From the human T2T-CHM13v2.0 reference genome, Homo sapiens: DNA of 64,000 nt. Both the position numbers and the translations under genes were made by a program. The stretch lies in assembly GCF_009914755.1 (NCBI RefSeq), contig NC_060938.1. One strand, given 5' to 3'. Shown piece by piece: positions 1-16,200 of this stretch; position 1 is the first letter of the stretch; each line of letters begins with the position of its first letter. The notes under the pieces are model-generated. The model saw nothing but the letters and a program-made list of their open reading frames with translations. It had not been told where the DNA came from and did no database searches.

Positions 1-1
1 T

Positions 2-3131
<3,130 letters not shown>

Positions 3132-3170
3132 TCATTAGTTGATGCAGTTTCTTCCTAGTCTCGATGGTCT

Positions 3171-4187
3171 TTACATTTTGGCATGATTTTGCAGTGGCTG
3201 GTACCGGTTGTTCCTTTCCATGTTTAGCGCTTCCTTCAGGAGCTCTTGTAGGGCAGGCCTGGTGATGACAAAATCTCTCAGCATTTGCTTGTCTGTAAAG
3301 TATTTTATTTCTCCTTCACTTATGAAACTTAGTTTGGCTGGATATGAAATTCTGGGTTGAAAATTCTTTTCTTTAAGAATGTTGAATATTGGCCCCCACT
3401 CTCTTCTGGCTTGTAGGGTTTCTGCTGAGAGATCCGCTGTTAGTCTGATGGGCTTCCCTTTGAGGGTAACCCGACCTTTCTCTCTGGCTGCCCTTAACAT
3501 TTTTTCCTTCATTTCAACTTTGGTGAATCTGACAATTATGTGTCTTGGAGTTGCTCTTCTCGAGGAGTATCTTTGTGGCATTCTCTGTATTTCCTGAATC
3601 TGAACGTTGGCCTGCCTTGCTAGATTGGGGAAGTTCTCCTGGATAATATCCTGCAGAGTGTTTTCCAACTTGGTTCCATTCTCCCCATCACTTTCAGGTA
3701 CACCAATCAGATGTAGATTTGGTCTTTTCACATAGTCCCATATTTCTTGGAGGCTTTGCTCATTTCTTTTTATTCTTTTTTCTCTAAACTTCCCTTCTCG
3801 CTTCATTTCATTCATTTCATCTTCCATTGCTGATACCCTTTCTTCCAGTTGATCGCATCAGCTCCTGAGGCTTCTGCATTCTTCACGTAGTTCTCGAGCC
3901 TTGGTTTTCAGCTCCATCAGCTCCTTTAAGCACTTCTCTGTATTGGTTATTCTAGTTATACATTCTTCTAAATTTTTTTCAAAGTTGTCAACTTCTTTGC
4001 CTTTGGTTTGAATGTCCTCCCGTAGCTCAGAGTAATTTGATCGTCTGAAGCCTTCTTCTCTCAGCTCGTCAAAGTCATTCTCCATCCAGCTTTGTTCCGT
4101 TGCTGGTGAGGAACTGCGTTCCTTTGGAGGAGGAGAGGCGCTCTGCGTTTTAGAGTTTCCAGTTTTTCTGTTCTGTTTTTTCCCCAT
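3171..4187 (-). pseudogene. L1 ORF1 interrupted by a CGA>TGA nonsense change at codon 110
   Basis: Two in-frame pieces (MGKKQNRKTG...ECRSLRS* and MEDEMNEMK...QNHAKM); REKG, ARR and YPAKLS motifs intact. Confidence 0.95.
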
Positions 4188-5092
4188 CTTTGTGGTTTTA
4201 TCTACTTTTGGTCTTTGATGATGGTGATGTACAGATGGGTTTTTGGTGTGGATGTCCTTTCTGTTTGTTAGTTTTCCTTCTAACAGACAGGACCCTCAGC
4301 TGCAGGTCTGTTGGAATACCCTGCCATGTGAGGTGTCAGTGTGCCCCTGCTGGGGGGTGCCTCCCAGTTAGGCTGCTCGGGGGTCAGGGGTCAGGGACCC
4401 ACTTGAGGAGGCAGTCTGCCGGTTCTCAGATCTCCAGCTGCGTGCTGGGAGAACCACTGCTCTCTTCAAAGCTGTCAGACAGGGACATTTAAGTCTGCAG
4501 AGGTTACTGCTGTCTTTTTGTTTGTCTGTGCCCTGCCCCCAGAGGTGGAGCCTACAGAGGCAGGCCGACCTCCTTGAGCTGTGGTGGGCTCCACCCAGTT
4601 CGAGCTTCCCGGCTGCTTTGTTTACCTAAGCAAGCCTGGGCAATGGCGGGCGCCCCTCCCCAAGCCTCGCTGCTGCCTTGCAGTTTGATCTCAGACTGCT
4701 GTGCTAGCCATCAGCGAGATTCCGTGGGCGTAGGACCCTCCGAGCCAGGTGTGGGATATAGTCTCGTGGTGCGCCGTTTTTTAAGCCGGTCTGAAAAGCG
4801 CAATATTCGGGTGGGAGTGACCCGATTTTCCAGGTGCGTCCGTCACCCCTTTCTTTGACTTGGAAAGGGAACTCCCTGACCCCTTGCGCTTCCCAGGTGA
4901 GGCAATGCCTTGCCCTACTTCGGCTCGCGCACGGTGCGCGCACCAACTGGCCTGCGCCCACTGTCTGGCACTCCCTAGTGAGATGAACCCGGTACCTCAG
5001 ATGGAAATGCAGAAATCACCCGTCTTCTGTGTCGCTCACGCTGGGAGCTGTAGACCGGAGCTGTTCCTATTCGGCCATCTTGGCTCCTCCCC
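4188..5092. promoter_or_regulatory. L1 5'UTR bidirectional promoter (sense and antisense), CpG-rich
   Basis: Complete 5'UTR with retained CpGs and YY1 motif at 5073-5081; promoter activity is inferred from family knowledge. Confidence 0.8.
4643..4858 (+). CDS. L1 ORF0, intact 71-aa antisense ORF
   Basis: MAGAPPQASLLPCSLISDCCASHQRDSVGVGPSEPGVGYSLVVRRFLSRSEKRNIRVGVTRFSRCVRHPFL*; matches the known primate L1 ORF0; donors CAG/GTGTGG (4748) and CAG/GTGCGT (4833). Confidence 0.88.
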   Translation: MAGAPPQASLLPCSLISDCCASHQRDSVGVGPSEPGVGYSLVVRRFLSRSEKRNIRVGVTRFSRCVRHPFL

Positions 5093-5104
5093 TCAATGTC
5101 ATTC

Positions 5105-5505
5105 TTAATTCCTCTCTCTCATACCCTGCATCGAATCCATCAGAAATCCTATTGACTCTAGCCTCATAATATATGTAGACTCCATCCACTTCTCACCTCT
5201 GTCACCACTATCACCCTGTACAAGCCACTGTCATCTCTCTTGTGCCTCCGAATTGGTCTCCGTGATTCTGCCCATAGCTCCCTTCAGTCTGTTCTCAAAA
5301 AAGCATCCAAAGTAACACTTTCAAAATGTTAAGTCACTTCATCCACTCCCCTCATCAAAACTCTCCATGGCTTCAACCTCTCTCTCAGTAAGAGTCAAAA
5401 TCCTTGCAATGCCCTCCAAGGGCCACCGTGGTATGAATTCCAGTCCCTCTCTGACCTTATCTCCTATGACTTTCTGCAATGCTTACTCTGCTTCAGCTAC
5501 ACGAG
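5105..5505 (+). mobile_element. L2 fragment
   Basis: Degenerate L2 3' region motifs (catccacttctcacctct...caagccactgtcatctct). Confidence 0.6.
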
Positions 5506-5795
5506 CCTGAGGTTGTCTATCTCCACAATTAGATAATCTGTTACAGGAATAGCTGGGCTCCTTCCTCTCCAATCTCACACTTTTAATATATTGTTCTTGC
5601 CTGTCTAGACTAATTCAGCCCTCCAATACAATGATGAATAGAGGCAGTGGTAGATGACATAGCAAAAGCTTTTGGTGTGTTATTAGAAAATATGATTGGA
5701 TATTTGCTATAGCTTCTTTCCCCCCTAGATACTCTTAATCAAGAAGTTACATTCTATTCATGCTTTAATAAATGTTTGTTTAAAAAATCATGAAT

Positions 5796-5963
5796 GGCTG
5801 GGAGCAGTGGCTCATGCCTGCAATCCCAACACTTTGGGAGGCTGAGGCGGGCAGATCACCTAAGGTCAGGAGGTGGACACCAGCCTGGCCAACATGGTGA
5901 AACCTCATCTCTACTAAAAATACAAAAATTAGCTGGGTGTGGTGGTGGGCACCTGTAATCCCA
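5796..5963 (+). mobile_element. Alu (AluS-like), 3'-truncated
   Basis: Left arm and A-rich linker; stops at TGTAATCCCAG of the right arm. Confidence 0.9.
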
Positions 5964-6324
5964 GACAATGCAAATCAGGGCTGCAAATCTCACAGGGGCC
6001 TTCCAATGGCCATAACCTCTCAGACAGGTTTTTTTCTCTCTTTTTCTTTTCCTACTCACTTAACAAGACGACTTTGTTGTATTCCTTGGGGATATGTGAG
6101 AGTGTGTATGGATTTACCTCTGATTAATCTTTATCGTAAGGGTAGAGCCCTCAGGGGTTCTGGTGTATGGTGGGGCACACCATCTATATTCTCACTACCT
6201 GGGTAGACTCAGGGCCATAACTCTTCATTAGTCCACCAAATTCAAAGTCTAAGTTTGCAGGAATTTGTAAATCTCTTCAGGTCAAAAGGACTTTGGTACT
6301 GTGTGCCCTCTTTACCTCTCCAAG

Positions 6325-6688
6325 TATATTAGCCTGTTTTCATGCTGCTAATAAAGACATACCCGAGACTGGGTAATTTATAAAGGAAAGAGATTTAATT
6401 GACTCACAGTTCCACATGGCTGGGGGAGGCCTTACAATCATGGCTGAAAGCAAATGAGGAGCAAAGTCATATCTTACATGGTAGCAGGCAAGAGAGCTTA
6501 TGCAGGGGAACTCCTTTTATAAAACCATCAGATCTTGTGAGACTTATTCACTATCACCAGAACAGCACGGGAAAGGCCTGCCCCCATGATTAAATTACCT
6601 CCTACCAGGTACCTCCCACAACACGTGGGGATTATGGGAGCTACAATTCAAGGTGAGATTTAGTTGGGGACACAGCCAAACCATATCA
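6325..6688 (-). mobile_element. THE1-family MaLR solo LTR
   Basis: TATATTAG...CAGCCAAACCATATCA termini; perfect 5-bp TSD CCAAG. Confidence 0.92.
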
Positions 6689-7689
6689 CCAAGGTTTTGT
6701 TTTCCCTTAGAGTTTGGCCTGGTTGTTTCTATTAGCTTTTCAGGTTATCAATTTAAAAAATAATTTATCTAAGTATTTTGTTAAATTATTCTCAGCAGCA
6801 AACTGAAGCCACAATTGGAAATGGAAGTCCCTTGGATACTGTGTTCTACGGATGATGTTCATCATATCATTACTCATCCAGTTGCCCTATGTGTAACTCT
6901 TGACTATACATACTTCCTCCTATTTCACAGCCAATCCTTCACAAACTCCCACTGGTTTCATTCATAATTTGCCACTGTTTTCTTCATACTTGTGGCCACT
7001 TTTCTAATCCAGACCCTCATCATCACATTTCAGCTTTTAAAATAGCCTCTTATCAACATATCACTTGGCCAAAAATCTTACATTTTCCAGTATATTCCCC
7101 ATATGATCTTTCTAAAATACAAATATGATTATGTTAATAATCTTTTAATGGCATGATGAAATTCTTTAGCTTGACTCAAATGGAAAACTGGGTTCAGTTT
7201 ACCTGCTTGGTCTTATCATCAATAAGTCATCCCTAGGAAATTTAGCTATAGTATACTACATGTGCCCTATATTTCAACACAACATCTTAATTCCTCTACA
7301 TGGAATGTTCCCTTATAGTCTTATCTTGATCTTCATGTATTAAAGATTTAACACTGTCAATTTCAAATGTATTCTACTTTGGCACTTCAGTTGATTCCTT
7401 CTCATGTTCCTTATAGTTCATTTTTGTATATTTATATATCTTGTATTCTTTTAGAGCATTGACTCAATATGATATATTTGTACTATTTATATTTTATCAC
7501 AGAAAGAACTTTGTTTATTGAATACTTTCAGCCTAAAATTCCTGCTCTGTGTGAATATGAACATTACTGCCTCTGCTTTCTCTCCCAGTGTGTTTCACAT
7601 ACTTGTTCAAATCTTTATTTATATTTTTTTCTCTCCACTTTAGCTTTAAGTTTTTCACTCCTGGCAATATATTTCAAGATTTTAAAATC

Positions 7690-8032
7690 CAAAATAAGAC
7701 TCTGTCTTTAATGGAGAAATGTAGATTACCTCGGATATCTGCTCATTCCCTCATCTGCTTCAAGGCCGCTCACCCAGACCACAATACATGCTACACCACA
7801 CAACGCAACACACACTTCACCTGGCACTTCCCATTCACCTATCTTGCTTTTTTTTTTTTTTTCCTGTGTAGCATTTATCTTACATACAGCCTATTTTGGT
7901 TTATTTGTTAATTATCAGTGTCTTCTGACAAGTGTGTAAGTTCCACAGGAAAAGAGACTGCTGTACCCTTAGTGATTGGAACAGTACCTGGCATATATGA
8001 GGTACTCAATAAATGCTGCTGAATAAATGAAC
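7690..8032 (+). mobile_element. L2 3' end fragment
   Basis: Ends with acagtacctggcatatatgaggtactcaataaatg...gaataaatgaa, typical of the L2 tail. Confidence 0.6.
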
Positions 8033-8192
8033 ATTTATGGTGATAACTGTAGACCAGCTCTACTTTTGGTTATTCTATTTTATGCTTTGTACATTTTCTG
8101 CTATGTCTTTTCTCTCTTTCATGTCTATTTTTATGGGTTATTCTGTTTCCTTTGCTTTAATACATATACACAAACTTAAATGTATACATATA

Positions 8193-9042
<850 letters not shown>

Positions 9043-9168
9043 TTATTTTTTGTGTCAATAATATTTATAATTATTTCCTCTGAATCACATGTAGTCAGGC
9101 TTTTTCTTATGCTCCCGTGAGCTTTTCAGTAGCAAAACTTTGCTGTTGTAATTGCTAAGGTTCAATAT

Positions 9169-9590
9169 GCCATATTTTGTGGATAAATATGGCAAGAAAT
9201 GCATGTTTCACATGTTAACAGCTTGGGAATTGAGACACGTCTTATAATTGATGTGTCTTACAATCATTGTCAGCCAGAGGGCACTCAAACCATAGTGGTC
9301 AATTGCCTACCCATGCATGTACTTTGTCTCAGTTATTTATAACTTTATAAATATTTATAAATCAGTTATTTATAACTTTTATAAAGTGTCATCACTTTAA
9401 CTGAGCTTCCTAGATCATTGGTGCAATACATGTTGAGTTTTATTGCTGCTTAAAATGCTTTCAAACAAAGTTATTGTGTGTGCAGAGAAGAAAATAAAGC
9501 AATAGGACATATGTTTATCAGTAAAACCAGTGTCACGGAAGGAATCACCATAATTTGTTGTAGAAGAATTCTATGTTTTTCTTTTAGAAA
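9169..9590 (+). mobile_element. Degenerate Tc2-type DNA transposon (Kanga/MER104-like) 5' part
   Basis: Resembles the recalled consensus (cgtcttataattgatg, tcttacaatcattgtcagccag, aaagttattgtgt...gcaga). Confidence 0.5.
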
Positions 9591-10199
9591 ATGAATATGA
9601 ATATGAATAATGAGTTGAGTTGGTTCCAAATTCTTAGGTGAAACTAATTTTTTTGGAGGTTCTATATTAGAATATGCAACAGGCATTGTTGCAGCAGAAG
9701 AATCCAAGGCTGGCTTGATTTTTGTTTCTTTAAAATTGACTTACATTTCCCATTTCGAAGAGTGTTTCTGCTTTTAGTGTTGGTTTGTTTTGCTTTTAGT
9801 TAAAAAAATTAATGTCATTATTGATTTTGGTTTCCTCTGTTCTTTCTGTTTTTTGTATTTATCCATCCATCCATCCATCCATCCACCCACCCATTTCTAT
9901 CAGAGGGCTATGCTATGCCAGAAACTGTAGATAAAAGAGAGAAACATACAGCCACAATTTTTGTTCATCACTAGAAATCCCTACAATTTTGCAGTTCCTG
10001 AATCTTTAGCATCTATATTTATTATTTTAGATTTTCTCCACTTATTTGTTCATTTTACATCTGGGTATGTTTCTATAGTTTATATTTATAATTTTTAATA
10101 TTCTATAATTTTTATTGACAATTTAGTTTTCTTAGGTGTTATTTTTACTGTTTCCAACGTTATCTTGCTAGGTCTATTTTGGTTTTTATTTCACAATAT

Positions 10200-11065
10200 G
10201 TGCTGTTTATTCTCTATTTGGCCATTCCTCCAGATCCACTCTCAGACTTTCTCTTTCCTGTTTGGTGCAATGGAAGACTGATTTCTATGAATTGCAATCT
10301 TTGTGCTGTTTCCAGTTGACTCCTGATTGGGCTTGGCAAATGAAATGCAGCAGCAGGAGTTAAGAAAGGAGAAGGAGACAGAAGTTAAGGTAGTTTTCAT
10401 CCTCTTTCTTCTTGCTTTGGTGGTGTGGTTTTGTGGTGGCTGTGAGCTTCCTAGATTACACCTCTTAAAGGGTGGTCCCTACTCCATTCCAGCTTTGACT
10501 GGGCTTTAGTAATGCCATCTATCTATCTTATCCCCCCTCTAAGCAAAGAGACTGTAACATCTTTCTTCCATTGCTAGTCTCTGGATATTTTACTATCACT
10601 GTTGCTCCCTTTAACTATGTCTGCCCTCTGCAAATAGTCCCCCTGTAAAGCTTCTTCAGGTAAAACACCTGAGAGGAATTACGTTTCCTGCATGGTCCAA
10701 AACTGATATAGTGTTTTTACCTACAGTGTCCCTAGGGCATAGAATATAGTGGTGGGATTCTGGGACTGAGTTGCTTACATACTTAATGAGTGAACAGATG
10801 ACCACTTATGCCTGGCAAACCATAGCAAGCAAGGGCTTCACAATTACTCAAATTATCTCTGTGGCGAGTGTGGGATGCAGTGTCTGTGGAGGGCAAGACT
10901 TGAGGTGGTCCATTGGAGTAGCTGCAGTTGATTACAATGACAACCATAATTTTTACAAAGATTGTGGGGTGGCATGACTTCTATGGATATATTGGAGAGC
11001 TTACAAAAGCAGAAAGAAAAGCTTGGGATGAATATTCAATTCAAGGCCAGAGTAGAGGCTCTGGT
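10200..11065 (+). mobile_element. LTR33-like ERVL LTR (to ~10710) with adjacent internal fragment
   Basis: gattgggcttggcaaatg...cagcaggag core, LTR end tttcctg...actgatata, then ERVL leader/gag-like sequence. Confidence 0.55.
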
Positions 11066-11069
11066 AGTC

Positions 11070-11550
11070 ATACAGGGAAAAAAATGAACCTCACTTCATG
11101 ACATATACAAAATTAGAGATTTTACTTTGATCTGTATATAAAATCTAAAACAACCAATTTCCAGAAAACAGGAGAATATCTTCATAGCTTTGGGATAGGC
11201 AAAGAATTCTTAAATAGAATACAAGAAGTAAAAAGTGCTAACCATAAAAGGAAAGATTGGTCAATTGAGCTTTCAAAAATTAATAATTTTTGTTCAAAAG
11301 ATACCATGAAGAAGATAAATAAGACAAGCCACTAATTACAAGAAGATATTTCCAAGACATATTTCTAACAAAAAATCATATCCGTAATACATTAAAATCT
11401 TATAGAAATCAGTAAGAAAAGTAACTCAAATCAAAACTTCATTCAAAAAAGACTTGAAAAGAATTTGCAAAAAAGGATATAAAAATGAACACATGAAAAT
11501 ATACTTAACATTATTACTCATGCAAACTAAATCTTCAGTGAAATACCATT
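11070..11550 (+). mobile_element. Old L1M ORF2 3' fragment
   Basis: A-rich degenerate L1 motifs (gggataggcaaagaattctt, agacaagccac, gaagatatttcca). Confidence 0.7.
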
Positions 11551-11551
11551 A

Positions 11552-11954
<403 letters not shown>

Positions 11955-12596
11955 TTATTTCACAATCATATAAAGTCTGATCACCAGAATCTTAGGTTGA
12001 CACAGCTGCTGTCTCAACACATGATTCAGACATACAAACCACATGGATTAATCTTGATACTGACATAAGTTAAACAAAAGCTTTATTGACAGAATAGAGA
12101 ATAAATAAACTGAGTGGTGAAGATCTGGAGAAATAGCATCAGGATTTTGTGGTCTGTCCTTATTCTCAAACAAGGACGGACCAATAGAGGAGATTGTATA
12201 ACTGTAAAACTGCTTTTGCTGGTGAACATCAAGGACAAAATATTGAGGCCTGCAAAACCATGCTTTTTGAAGTTATATCAGAAACTTCGTCATTTAAAAT
12301 CGTATCAGAGACTGAAGATCAGAAGAAACTGGAGATCAGAAGAAATTTTAAACTATACAATAAAAAATGCTGTGTGTTAAAAACAACAAACAAAAAAACA
12401 CAGCCTCTGTCTTGTCTTGGTGACAGTGTTTTTCTAATTTCTGTCAGACCTAATAAGATATCTCCAAGTCTACCTCAATCTCAAAAGTTACCCAATAATC
12501 TATAATAGTTCATTGTTGAGGCAATATTGAGAGAAGGAAGGTAAATCAACAAAATCCTGAAGGCTCTCGGTTATACCCTTCTAACAAGTAAGAAGG

Positions 12597-12957
12597 TGTA
12601 TTGGTCCCTTTTCATGCTGCTGATCAAGACATGCCCGAGACTGGGCAATTTACAAAAGAAAGACATTTAATTAGACTTACAGTTCCACATGGCTGGGGAA
12701 GATCTCACAATCATGGCAGAGGGTGGAAGGCACTTCTTACATGGTTGCAGCAAGAGAGAAATGAGGAGGAAGCAAAAGCGGAAACCCCTTATAAACCCAT
12801 AAGATCTTGTGAGACTTATTCACTATCATGAGAATAGCACAGGAAAAACCAGCCCCCATGATTTGATTACCTCCCCCTGGGTCCCTCCCACATGTGGGAA
12901 TTCTGGGAGATACAACTCAAGTTGAGATTTGGGTTGGGACACAGCCAAACCATATAA
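12597..12957 (-). mobile_element. THE1-family MaLR solo LTR
   Basis: TGTATTGG...CAGCCAAACCATATAA termini; 5-bp TSD GAAGG. Confidence 0.92.
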
Positions 12958-13299
12958 GAAGGTGACAGTGGATGAGAAGATATCAAAAGGAAAAGTAAAG
13001 GGAAAAATCAAGCCCTCATAAGTGAAGCCAGGTTTACCACTTTCCAAGGCACTTTACTGAGTTGAGAAAATGGGTCCAAGTCCTATCTAAATGAGGTGAA
13101 GCAGATGGGTCTCAAGAATAATTCACCTACACTATGTTAGAGCAAATAGAAGATCCGACCAGTGCTGCACCTTTAATGATGAACTTGATGGAAACAGGAA
13201 GAGTGGGAAGAACAGAAGAAGAAGGAAGGAAAAGGGATAAAGAAGAAGGTGGGTGAGTAGAGGAGGGGAGTAGGGAAGATTAGAAAAGGAGGGATTATA

Positions 13300-16200
13300 G
13301 AGAGGAGGCAGAGCAAGATGGCTGAATAGAGCCTCCAGTGATTATCCACCCCTGCAGGAACATCAAATTGAACAATGATCCACACAAGAAAGCACCTTTA
13401 TAAGAACCAGAAATCAGCTTGGGTACCAGCTTGGCCACAGTGGACAATTCACGAAGTGGGCTCCTGGGGTCTCCGATTCCAGGACTTGGCTCTTGTGTGG
13501 CATTTCTAAACCTGCCCTGGGCCAGAGTGGGGCCACTGCCCTGAAAGGAGAAATCCAGGACTGGCAGCATTCACCAGAAGCTGACTGAAGAGCCCTTGGA
13601 CCTTGAGTGAATAGTGGCAGTAGCCAGGGGGTAATTGCCATGGGCTTGGGGTGGTGGTGGCCATGGAGAGAGACTGCTCTGCTTCAGGATAAAGGAGGGA
13701 AGAGTAAGAAAGACTTTGTCTTGCAGCTTGGGTGCCAGCTTAGCCACAGTAGAATAGAATACCACATAGACTCTAAGGGTCTCAACTTCCTTGGCTTCCA
13801 GATGGCATCTCTGGACCTAGCTGGGACTGGGGGCAACTCACTGCCCTGAAGGGAAGATCATAACCCTGGCTGGACTCATCACCTGCTGATTATAGAGCTC
13901 TTGGGCCTAGAGTGAACATAGGTAGTAGCCAGGCAGTGGAAACTGTGGGCCTTGGGCAAGACCTGGTGCTGTGCTGGCTCTGGGTTTGACCCAGTGCAGT
14001 CCTAGTGGTGGTGGCTACAAGGGTGCTTGCATCACCGCTCCCCTAGCTCCAGGCAGCTTAGCACAGAGAAAGAGACACTATTTGTTTGGTGGAAAGTAAG
14101 GTAAGAGAACAAAAGTCTCTTCCTGGTAATACAGTCTCTTCCTGTAATACCTGGTAATACAGTCTCTTCCTGTAATACCTGGTAACACAGGTAATACAAG
14201 TTCACCTGGATCTTACATAAGACCACCAAGGCAGTACTTCTACAAGTTGGCAATAGCCAAAGCACTACTGGGCTTGAGGTACCTCCTAATGCAGATTCAG
14301 CTGCAGTGAGCAAAGACTTAGATCACAACACTCAAGTCCCTTTGAATACTTGGAAAGCTTTCCCAAGAAAGACAGGTACGAACAAGCCCAGACTGTGAAA
14401 ACTAAAATAAATACCAAACTCTTTAATCCCCAGACACCAATCAATGTCCAGAAGCATCAAGACCATCCAGGAGAACATGACCTCACCAAAGGAACAAAAT
14501 AAGGCACCAGAGACCGATCTTGGAGAGACAGAGATATGTGACCTTTCAGACAGAGAATTCAGAATAGCTGTTGTGAGAAAACTCAAGGAAATTCAAGATA
14601 ATATAGAGAAGGAATCCAGAATCCTGTCAGATAAATTTAGCAAAGAGATTGAAACAATTAAAAAGAATCAAGCAGAATTCTGGAGCTGAAAAATGCAATT
14701 GACATACTGAAGAATTATCAGAGTCTCTTAATAGCAGAATTGATAAAGCAGAATAAAGAATTAGTGAGCTTGAAGACAACCCACTTAAAAATACACAATT
14801 AGAGTAGATGAAAGAAAAAAGAATAAAAAGGAATGAAGCATGCTTGTAAAATCTAGAAATTAGCCTCAAAAGGGCAAATCTAAGAGTTATTGGCCTTAAA
14901 GAGGAAGTAGAGAAAGAGATAGGGATTGAACATTTATTCAAAGGAGTAATAACAGAGAACTTCCCAAACTTAGAGAAAGATATCAATATTCAAGCACAAG
15001 AAGGTAACAGAACACCAAACAGATTTCAGCCAAAGAAGATGACCTCAAGGCATTTAATAATGAAACTCCCAAAGGTCAAGGATAAAGAAAGGATCCTAAA
15101 AGCAGCAAGAGAAAAGAATCAATAACATACAAAGGAGCCCCAATATATCTGGCACAGGCTTTTCAGTGTAAACCTTACAGGCCAGGAAAAAGTGGCATGA
15201 CATATATTTTTTAAAACTTTTATCCCAGAATGGTATATCTGGCAAAAATATCCTTTAAACATGAAAAAGAAATATTTTCTGAGATAAAAAAAGAAACCTG
15301 AGAGATTTCATCAACACCAGACCTGCCATATAAGAAATGCTAAAGGGAATACTTCAAGCATAAATAAAAAGATATTAATGAGCAATAAGAAATCATCTGA
15401 AGGTACAAAACTCACTGGTCATAGTAAGTACACAGAAACACACAGAATATTATAACATGTTAATTATGGTATGTAAACTACTCATATGTTGAGTAGAAAA
15501 ACTAAAAGATAAACTGATCAAATATAATAACTACAACAACTTTTCAAGACATGTCAGTTTAAAATAATGGGTTATAAGATATTATGGTAACCTAGAATTT
15601 AAAAACATACAACAGATATGCAAAAAATAAAAGCAAGAAATTAATAGAAGAATTGATCAAGCGGAATAAAGAATCAGTGAGCTTGAAGACAGAAATTAAA
15701 ACATGCTACCAGAGAAAATTGCCTTCACTAAAAGGAAGATAGGAAGGAAAAAGAGAAGGAAGAGAAGACCACAAAACAATCAGAAAAAAATGAAATGTCA
15801 GGAGTAAGTTCTGACTTATCAATAACAATATTTAATGTAAATGGACTAAACTCTCCAATCAAAAGACACAGAGTGCCTGAATGGATTTTTTTTAAAAAGT
15901 CCCAGTGATCTGTTGCCTGCAAGAAACACACTTCACCTAAAAAGACACACATAGACTGAAAATAAAGAGATGGAAAAATATATTCCAGGCAAGTGGAAAC
16001 CAAAAGAGAGCAGAAGTCACTATACTTATATCAGACAAAATAGATTTCAAGACAAAAACTATAGAAAGAGACAAAGAGGGTCATTATATAATGATAAAGG
16101 GGTAAATTCAGCAAGAGGATATAAAAATTATAACTATATATACACTCAATGCTGGAGCCCTCAGATAGAGAAAGCAAATATTATCAGAGCTAAGGAAAGA

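Noticed and set aside
9329-9386. Short imperfect tandem duplications (also 32625-32675, 38915-38965, 43875-43900)
   Set aside because: Common slippage-type duplications in AT-rich decayed repeats; too weak to report separately
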